Of a DNA stretch of 33,482 nt, positions 27,801 through 33,482 are shown in pieces. Origin of the DNA: Deinococcales bacterium (GTDB lineage: Bacteria > Deinococcota > Deinococci > Deinococcales > JAAFIG01); assembly GCA_043778225.1 (NCBI GenBank), contig JAYWGM010000034.1:1-33482 (forward strand). Reading direction: 5' to 3'. Position 1 is the stretch's first letter. The number at the start of each line of letters is the position of its first letter. A program made the position numbers and the translations under genes. Below the pieces are notes generated by a model. The model did not search any database. It was not told the DNA's origin and was given only the letters and a program-made list of their open reading frames with translations.

Positions 27801-30800
27801 GATGGTATTGGCATTCAGGCTATCAATTTGCTTTGTTGTTTTAGCTTCAACACCCAACGCCTTGACCGTGTAATCCACAATAATAGGAGCAGTTTGTGAA
27901 TCTGGAATTGCAACATAAGCCAAGTAATGTCCATCTGAACCTGATTTACCAGTAAAAGTTCTTGACCATGTGGCTGTCCGAATTACAAAATTCAAATCAG
28001 CATCAGGTAGATCACGCCCACCACCACGAACTAGACCCTCGAGTTTTAAGGTCGTCGGACGCAATTTTAGATCAGGTAATTCAAAACGAGTATCTGACCC
28101 CGCAATAGGCACAACAGGAACATCCACCTCTACAGGTGTAAAAGCACCAAAACCAGAAATACTAACCATGACCTTGAATGGCTGCGTTGCTTTCACGTCG
28201 GCATAGCATAAGTACCCGCCACCGGCTTGCACCATGGTTTCGCAAACATCACCGACAATCGCACCAACACCACGAATCGAAACTTTAGCTCCAGGCACAG
28301 GTGTGTTCGCTACCAAATCATTTAAGACTAAACCACTAAAAATGATTTTGCCAGGCGCAGGGGTTAAAGAACGCACAGGCAAAACTGGGGTTGCCAAAGT
28401 AACCAAGGCAATATCTCGAGTTAAATTCGACATACCTAAAGCAAGCGAATCAACATTGACTTCAAAAATATTCTGAGCTGTCCGATCTGCGCCAGTCACT
28501 TCATACCGTAAACGACCAGCATCCACACCATCTGGTAACGGCACAAGCAACTCATAAGCACCATCTGTACCCGTAAACACAGACCCAGAAGCCATACCCG
28601 AAACAAACACGGTTGCCTTCGCTGCACCAACCCCAGAAACTATGCCTTTGAGTCTAAGAACACGCTGAACAGCCGTCGTAAAGTCCTGATTCACACCAGC
28701 CCCAGCAAAATGAGCAGGCGTATCCACCATCACACTACGTTCCTGCACAGTCCCACGACCAGACACACGATAATTCAATTGAATTTGTGCGGCACTTGGC
28801 GGTGGAACAGAAACACTACAACTGTACATACCAGCATCATTGGTGGCGACTTCACAAACCTTACCAATTTGCGGCGAAGAAATCAGCACTGTCACCCCAG
28901 CCACCCGAGCATCAGACAGATTAGACAAAGTAACTGTACCGCTCACAGATACTCGAATAAACGGCGCAGGAGGTGTAATTTTAGCCACACGACCCTCGAA
29001 GCACAAACCATTGGCTAACAAATTCTTTTCTGTACGCCCCACTGCTAACTCGAGCGCCAGTGTTTGAATATACACATCCCCAATAGCCGCTAAATTGGCT
29101 TGACAAACCCCAAGTAATGTCTTGGCTCGAGCCACAAAACCACCATCTAATAATTGTTGTGCGGTTGGACGCAATTCGGTTTGCACAATGTTAAAAGTCG
29201 CGTGAGATTCGGGAGTTTGATAAGTAAATAACGAATTCTGCGGTGTGGTACGCCAAGCCTCCATAAATTGCGAGTGCGATGTGGCTTGAACACCAGATGG
29301 TAACGCCCAATCATCCAATTTATCACCGTTAATTAAACCAAATACACCAGAGTAACGACCAGCTTCAGGCGTTGTAAATTCAATAGTCAACGAAGAAGCA
29401 AGTTCAGTTGTATCAGCCCGCACAAAATCAGACTGCGGATTCATCCCCATCTGCAACCTCGAAATACCCTGAGCCGAGCCGACTTTATCGACAGGCAAGT
29501 TATACTCATGCCACCAAACAACCACATTGCCATTCTTCTCGAGTACCAAAACAGCCTCGTCAATGGCATACTCACCCGTTGCCAAATTGACCTTCTGACC
29601 ATCCACAAGTACCACCAAAGGCTCTAAAACAGATAACGATTTAGGCAATTGCACTTCAATGGTATGTTTGCCAACTTTAACAACCGCAGCCGTATTAAAC
29701 GAAGCCCACAACGGATACCCCGCCAAACGACCATGCCGTGACTGCACCACAACACCATCAGGCACATTTGAACGAGCTAAAATAAACTCTCCAAGCTCCA
29801 TACTGGTAAAGCCAAACCCATCTGGGGTTTGAATATGTGGATCGCCATGTGCAGAACCAGAGCGCATATTGTTGGTTTGACCAGAAGTATTGACCGCACG
29901 AGCCACCTGATTAGGTGGTCCAGCACCAGCATTAGAATTTGAACCACCAGAACCACTACTCGGGATAGGTGGAATACCACCACGCAAACCAGAGTACGTG
30001 GATGGAGAACTGCTACCACCAGGACCACCGTCACAAGTACCACCAGCACCAGCTGGCGGTTTAATTTTCTCAATTTCACTTAAAATTTTAATCTGAAAAT
30101 TACGTGTAAACGAAATTGGTTCTTGTTCTGTGATTGTGGGATTGTAGTTTAGTTTAATCTGGCTCGAATGACCACCAGCCGCCAAGGGTACTTTGAAGGT
30201 TAAACTGCGTACTTGATTACCAGGTACTAAAAAGCCTTTAGGGGAAGAATCATAAAAAATTTCGCCCACACTCATTTCCGCCGCTTTTGAATTAATCTTT
30301 GCAATGAAATCCAGATTTTGATCAGGATCAACGTTTTTCCCTTTACAATCTGAAACTTTGGGATCATATTCTTTCTTTTTGAATTCAAGAATCGCGCCTT
30401 CGGTAATTGGCTCTCCCGCCAGTATAAAAGTAGGCTCGAGCTTCACGCATTCCAGTTCTACTTGAACTCGGTCTATACTTGTGACACCATTTGCGGTGTA
30501 TTTCAAATTAACAAAACCAATTTTTGACTCATCTGCATTTGGACAGGTGGTTTCAAAAGAAACAGGCTTTGTATTTTCTGTAGCAGCAACCACGCCGTTA
30601 CTGATTGGTGACACCCAATCAGGCTTGCTTACTATTTCAAAATTAATAGGTAATTTTGGTTGAGCGTTTGGCTCTGTGCGCTCAAGAGCAAACTTTGCAA
30701 GGCGTTTCTTACCTGCCATAGATTGGACTTTGACAACTTTCGGGGTTGCGTCGAGGGGCTGCTTTTCGCAAACGAAATTCATGGGAATAGGGTCAACTTG

Positions 30801-33482
30801 GTTAGTTTTACGCCCTTGAATCTCAATTGAAATGGCTGGTGCGCGTGCTTTTGATAAAGTCGTATTTGGAGGATTAAAAGGATTGGTATCACCAGGTATC
30901 TCACCATACCAACCATTGTGTGAAATGGATAACCAACCTTTTTCGTCAGCTCGATTTTGATTTTGTTGAAATTTTGTGCTGTCACATATTGCCCCGACTT
31001 CAACTTCCAATATACTTTTTTGGGAAACGGTGTATTCTTGTTCTATAACTAATGGGACAATGGCAGGGTCATTCGTTGGTGTTTCTTCATACTTGAATTT
31101 GAATTTGAGATCACCACAACCAGAGTTTGTGATTGTCATCTTTTGAGTTTGCGTATCAACACCACTATTTAATTTTTTTAGGTCAATGTTTATTGGTGCA
31201 AAGTTGAAAGAAATTTCAGGATCGTTTTGAAGACGTGCGCTTAAAAAATTTCCATCTTTTTCATTTACAAGACTTGACCCAAGTTCAGCCAGAGATTTTA
31301 CGGTAGAGAGAAGGTCTGCTATTTTTAAGAACATGGCAAGATTTTTTAAGCGGTCAACACCAACACCTGTTAAATTGTCAATGTAGGCATCCCGTTTATC
31401 TCCCAGAGCAACACCTGTAATACTACTGATAATATCGGCAGCAAAAGTAGCACCTGGTCGTGCGAATGCTTTTGCTATATTTATCCAATCTGTTGGAGCA
31501 GCAACTTTAGGATCAAAGTTTTTGTACTGCTGAGAGACGTTATAAAAATTACTAGCCAAACGCAAAAAAGCCAAATAGACTTCTTGTACTTCGGATGGCT
31601 TTAAGTTTTTAAAGTCAAAAGAAAGTCCAAAAAGGTCAGCTAAACCAGTTGCAACCACCATAATGTTATAAAAACCATCTGAGGTAAATTTGCCTGTTTG
31701 AGGGTCAAAAAATTGGGAATAAAATAAATCAACCTTTCTACAATCGTCAACTGGCATTGGAAACATAATGGGTTTGGCTAAAGCGTTAATAAATATGTCT
31801 ACAAAATCCACACCCGTGACATCATTTGCACCGCCTAAAGAAACTCTTGGCTCATACACGGCACTACCCTCTAATTTCGGAAAAAAACTGGTGTACAAAG
31901 AAGTTAATGACCGAAGCGTATACTCTTTTTTTGCTGCTTGGTCTATCAGTGCCAAAGTCAAAAGCTGATTATTAAGCACCTTGGAGTATATTCCCTGATT
32001 ACCACTTGGCTTAGGTTTTCCTACTTCTTGGGCATCTGTTTTTGCAAAGTTTTTTTGAACTGGTTTATTGGTTGCCGCCCAACCAGAAAAAAGTGATTTC
32101 AGTGTCATGTCGAACGTATTGGTTGTTTCATCGGACTTTGGTAACGCAGCCAGAACTATTGGAATTCGTAATTTTAAGTTTGAAATGATATTTGAAGTGA
32201 TTTCTGCTGCAAGTTCACGTTGCTTTACAGTCAGTGTAATGGTTGTTAGTTCTGAAACCAACGAATAGAATTCGTTCCACTTAGGATGAGATATAAACAT
32301 AGAAATAACTTCGTCTGTAACATTAAATTTTCGTGTATTGGCATCGAATTCGGAAGCTAAAAGTGCCAAAGCAGTATTGCGTTTAGAAAACGATAAAAAT
32401 GCTTTACTTGGCATCACAAAATCCATTGCTAAAACATTTTTATTTTGGTCGCGCAAAAAAGCATAATGAATAGAATCTGGAGCAATAAACGTAGAAATTA
32501 CGTTTTTCCCAACAACATTACTCATTAGTATTGTTTCGGTTTGAATCTCGACCGTATTTGGATTGAAATTACCAAGACGAAAATTAACATCTGCTGCCCA
32601 AAAATTGTTGACACTTCCCAAAGCTTTTTGAGCATTCGGAAGTTTTGTTATGTCAAAACTTGGTGCTTGTAGCGTAAATATTGCTGTTTGAACACGGTTA
32701 CTTAACAGAATAGATGTTTGTAGTGGCGCACTTGTTTGTAACGTATCAAGGTCTGTTTTTATCACAGCAGTGTAGTTGACATTGCGACGCAAACGAACAT
32801 TGCCCGTCCAAGTCTGTAACCCTTCACGCCTTAATTGTACTGTTCGTTTAGCAGCAACTCCGCCATCCCGCCCACCGACAACATTTTGAGGCTCGAGAAT
32901 TGCCGTTAAAGCATTGGCATACAAAGGCACATTATTGACCATCAACTGCAAAATACTATTTGACCCACTGGTATCTGGGCGTTTAGGGTTAATGATGTTG
33001 ATAAAACGATACACACAAGTTAAACGAAATTTGGGCGAAATAAAACAAGCTGTGACTACCTGAACACCAGCATTGGTGTAAGTATGCTCGAGGTCAAGGG
33101 TTGTAAGCCATTCGGGTACATTTTGTATGTTAAATTTACCATCGCCCCAAAGTACAAGAACCTTACCCAAAGCAGCACCATCGGCACTTTGAGCCGCTAA
33201 TGACAATTTGACCGATGTTTTCATATCGGCTTTGTCTGGCAAAGCAACACTATTAAAAATGGGTGGCATATCAATGGCACTGACCTTTGAAATAACCACA
33301 ACAAATTTGGCTGGTTTAGTATCTTTAAGTGTAATACTTTGCGAACCCTGATAACGTAAAGTATTATTAACATCACGTCCTTCGACAACCAAAGGTAAAT
33401 CCGTTCCAGTTTCAACATCTGCCAATGTGGCAATCATTTCGCCATTACGAACTTGTAAAGTTTCGGACGAGTCTGCAACACT
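21834..33482 (-). CDS. Giant multidomain surface/secreted protein (PKD-like, VWD with GDPH, carboxypeptidase-regulatory-like repeats, three PQQ-like propellers); 5' partial
   Basis: The frame stays open from 33437 to the window edge (SVADSSETLQVRNGE-MIAT...), giving more than 3,880 aa. WGDG...HTY (PKD-like), HGDPHIQTPDG..F....GEFILAR (VWD), repeated G.V.D..G..L..A.V...T...G.Y units, and repeated DG..RW / P..G.DG.IY blades. Confidence 0.9.
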   Translation of the reverse strand, partial: SVADSSETLQVRNGEMIATLADVETGTDLPLVVEGRDVNNTLRYQGSQSITLKDTKPAKFVVVISKVSAIDMPPIFNSVALPDKADMKTSVKLSLAAQSADGAALGKVLVLWGDGKFNIQNVPEWLTTLDLEHTYTNAGVQVVTACFISPKFRLTCVYRFINIINPKRPDTSGSNSILQLMVNNVPLYANALTAILEPQNVVGGRDGGVAAKRTVQLRREGLQTWTGNVRLRRNVNYTAVIKTDLDTLQTSAPLQTSILLSNRVQTAIFTLQAPSFDITKLPNAQKALGSVNNFWAADVNFRLGNFNPNTVEIQTETILMSNVVGKNVISTFIAPDSIHYAFLRDQNKNVLAMDFVMPSKAFLSFSKRNTALALLASEFDANTRKFNVTDEVISMFISHPKWNEFYSLVSELTTITLTVKQRELAAEITSNIISNLKLRIPIVLAALPKSDETTNTFDMTLKSLFSGWAATNKPVQKNFAKTDAQEVGKPKPSGNQGIYSKVLNNQLLTLALIDQAAKKEYTLRSLTSLYTSFFPKLEGSAVYEPRVSLGGANDVTGVDFVDIFINALAKPIMFPMPVDDCRKVDLFYSQFFDPQTGKFTSDGFYNIMVVATGLADLFGLSFDFKNLKPSEVQEVYLAFLRLASNFYNVSQQYKNFDPKVAAPTDWINIAKAFARPGATFAADIISSITGVALGDKRDAYIDNLTGVGVDRLKNLAMFLKIADLLSTVKSLAELGSSLVNEKDGNFLSARLQNDPEISFNFAPINIDLKKLNSGVDTQTQKMTITNSGCGDLKFKFKYEETPTNDPAIVPLVIEQEYTVSQKSILEVEVGAICDSTKFQQNQNRADEKGWLSISHNGWYGEIPGDTNPFNPPNTTLSKARAPAISIEIQGRKTNQVDPIPMNFVCEKQPLDATPKVVKVQSMAGKKRLAKFALERTEPNAQPKLPINFEIVSKPDWVSPISNGVVAATENTKPVSFETTCPNADESKIGFVNLKYTANGVTSIDRVQVELECVKLEPTFILAGEPITEGAILEFKKKEYDPKVSDCKGKNVDPDQNLDFIAKINSKAAEMSVGEIFYDSSPKGFLVPGNQVRSLTFKVPLAAGGHSSQIKLNYNPTITEQEPISFTRNFQIKILSEIEKIKPPAGAGGTCDGGPGGSSSPSTYSGLRGGIPPIPSSGSGGSNSNAGAGPPNQVARAVNTSGQTNNMRSGSAHGDPHIQTPDGFGFTSMELGEFILARSNVPDGVVVQSRHGRLAGYPLWASFNTAAVVKVGKHTIEVQLPKSLSVLEPLVVLVDGQKVNLATGEYAIDEAVLVLEKNGNVVVWWHEYNLPVDKVGSAQGISRLQMGMNPQSDFVRADTTELASSLTIEFTTPEAGRYSGVFGLINGDKLDDWALPSGVQATSHSQFMEAWRTTPQNSLFTYQTPESHATFNIVQTELRPTAQQLLDGGFVARAKTLLGVCQANLAAIGDVYIQTLALELAVGRTEKNLLANGLCFEGRVAKITPPAPFIRVSVSGTVTLSNLSDARVAGVTVLISSPQIGKVCEVATNDAGMYSCSVSVPPPSAAQIQLNYRVSGRGTVQERSVMVDTPAHFAGAGVNQDFTTAVQRVLRLKGIVSGVGAAKATVFVSGMASGSVFTGTDGAYELLVPLPDGVDAGRLRYEVTGADRTAQNIFEVNVDSLALGMSNLTRDIALVTLATPVLPVRSLTPAPGKIIFSGLVLNDLVANTPVPGAKVSIRGVGAIVGDVCETMVQAGGGYLCYADVKATQPFKVMVSISGFGAFTPVEVDVPVVPIAGSDTRFELPDLKLRPTTLKLEGLVRGGGRDLPDADLNFVIRTATWSRTFTGKSGSDGHYLAYVAIPDSQTAPIIVDYTVKALGVEAKTTKQIDSLNANTILVQVQDLVVEQRTLVFTGKVSNQLADNAPVPYAKVVIKRLTPTNIPICITTTNVQGLYSCDYPLITLEPFKVEYTVSERGVATITGVDVNPAEGTSIRPAVTRDFAVSPTTLKVVGQATDAQGLALPNVVINAQIGSDLFSAVANAKGMYSLPIALLATQTSGTIQLSTFYRAPPPLTLEASATATVNFTSPAVGTALEIPKNLALSVNLDSDEVYLTGQITSNNTINASGLKLVISGQGSSEDVGILCTTDVTSLGGYYCPTKRIARRSKLDLEYRVLLGGELVSAATQQSFDIIPANPQATQLEKNVAITPTIVQFGGLVTDQTGRALTNAEVVISGILQKTYTDAQGQYTVNMVLPMGATTGKGLGRIQFNPGAGLFANVLLEEQTFIIPTGVVTALPRVITKMPYTNLRISGVVKQADGQVVNKARVELKFATTPTEFSFTNLETDIDGKYTAVLTMLSSQNSVEVKVKVTDGVNTFNTNVASPLQALGPNVVVKDVMLVNTELGTVRWSIPLDPSNVSNPVLGTNGLVYLVASGKLIAYNEPGQKQWETSPATGQLDRRSPLVAFDQSVYVFGSLANQPALFHFSQSGQFLRTITLSTAYDYHFTIVPSGVVYAVSSAVSGDGSKLEAFNSSGQVEWVVQSGQVTNRAFAPTKPIVAPDGTVYVVLKDGLRAVNPDGSTRWHDKFLNSYGQPVLLGIGSDSRLFFTDPNSGLLTARASNGDDLWTAQEGGGNLAIIDSDGSIFLTTRYGTNEVIKYNSSGQIVKRYTLPVNDRLQSMLITSDRSLLIQGSFFIKAVQADGTLSAWTYPEYNASASTLSPSGVIYTTLANGKLIALNASNVGLATSSWAISDSGNNQNNSAMPAINVSQRMIRFVGVVRNVNQAQSGLPDYQVKIQDSAGKTLCSTWTDTTGQYSCSAPTTEFGGIQATAKAIGGFGETSASVAIASGGVGTVQQITQNLGISVTTLKISGVVTNDVGQPVANANVVISGDVSATLVASTTGSYFIEKRFPIEKTSATWTVRASSGTLSSANDHVLALTNGVLNQKTINFTLDANAPGSARWTLNRAGPVVGTALSPDGVLYALVNENSGGKLFALNADGSERWNVSLNSPATGLSVDPSGIIYVGTGGYNNGALRAFNANGSSSWTFTTGYPASAPAIGSAGTLFFTTATQLFSLTGTGSQRWAVDFPSGGYAPVIGADGTIYATNQSNQVFIYNYDGSLRTSSNSVGSVAVNANNEVFFSSTRVSPVITANGWIITASDSAYYYNQSNISAISKTQQGDQLQWQVTTNGNVQALAVGADGWIYAATNTGRLYAIENGAVRWFYDNSLSLENFVLGNDGTLYVGTWNRSNNLGAVIAVKSLSQGLAVSDWAKFARNNQNSNQATPKAGSYRLIEFSGTIFNEYQPTSSIPATVKIKDMDGQLLCQDESSNGQYICTAMVNQLSGFNATAEVTSTYGSKTISLISPSGSVNTTSRVNTQIAIPITTIKLSGYVRDGSGLAIANAKVNIGGYFYNSLVTNSTGYYEAYFLLSEQSNTLAEARMEVTASDDLNSDSKVFNAPIIQNQVSSQISNLVLDKQLLGAAKQAFNDVGTSVAIAQDGSWYAGNMDEIVAFAADGTQRWRKSVGGYVKNIILTSENRLYISVIKENYYSESMLMAFSKTGTKLWEQSIGYQISTMPMALAANGAVVVHNGSNLRYFNANGIEIWQQSIYANSGALSTSSDGTIYFSHWQYSGGGRCYLDTISATGTMLWQKELEMQCIHEPVVGINNQIYLTTGSRIYAFNPNGVQAWTLNFPDEQLSNLVILAGGSIRVAGTQLYTVSSTGTLMTSTTLPNNGESLVLASDGTTFLISGGKLLAIAQDGSIRWQFRSATSSLYDPALLSNGTVLISSYNGYSGNGVRLYALNSGNAGLANTFWAKSGRDSENTSRGTGATLYATATQSIIDHFSVQLPEPKLTSQTQQNASVLSNPRLHEEVDTYLRDGKQ

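Overview
The window is bacterial chromosome of roughly 50% GC, most likely from a Deinococcales (Deinococcota) organism. That assignment is inferred from a pseudohelicase-type PriA, a non-DAP MurE motif and many leaderless promoters. Left to right it contains: the 3' end of a probable IS630-family transposase; priA, preceded by two RelE-like toxin-antitoxin pairs, an M20 amidohydrolase and an xisI plus internally deleted xisH cassette; udk; murE; an iron-complex ABC uptake operon with two binding proteins, a DUF2470-SRPBCC fusion and a nitroreductase; an smpB-amidase-GerMN-smc operon; an orphan sugar ABC permease; and an AT-richer block with a lipoprotein and a giant (>3,880 aa, 5' end outside the window) surface protein. 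The giant protein has a GDPH-motif VWD domain, Cys-paired beta-sandwich repeats and three PQQ-like propellers. The most striking non-gene signal is an extreme over-representation of the palindrome CTCGAG (hand counts about 1 per 100-150 bp in core genes and about 1 per 600 bp in the giant gene), reminiscent of cyanobacterial HIP1. There are also two copies of a bipartite octamer-periodic inverted repeat element and two small tandem duplications flanking smpB. All family assignments are from motif recognition by eye, and counts are manual and approximate.
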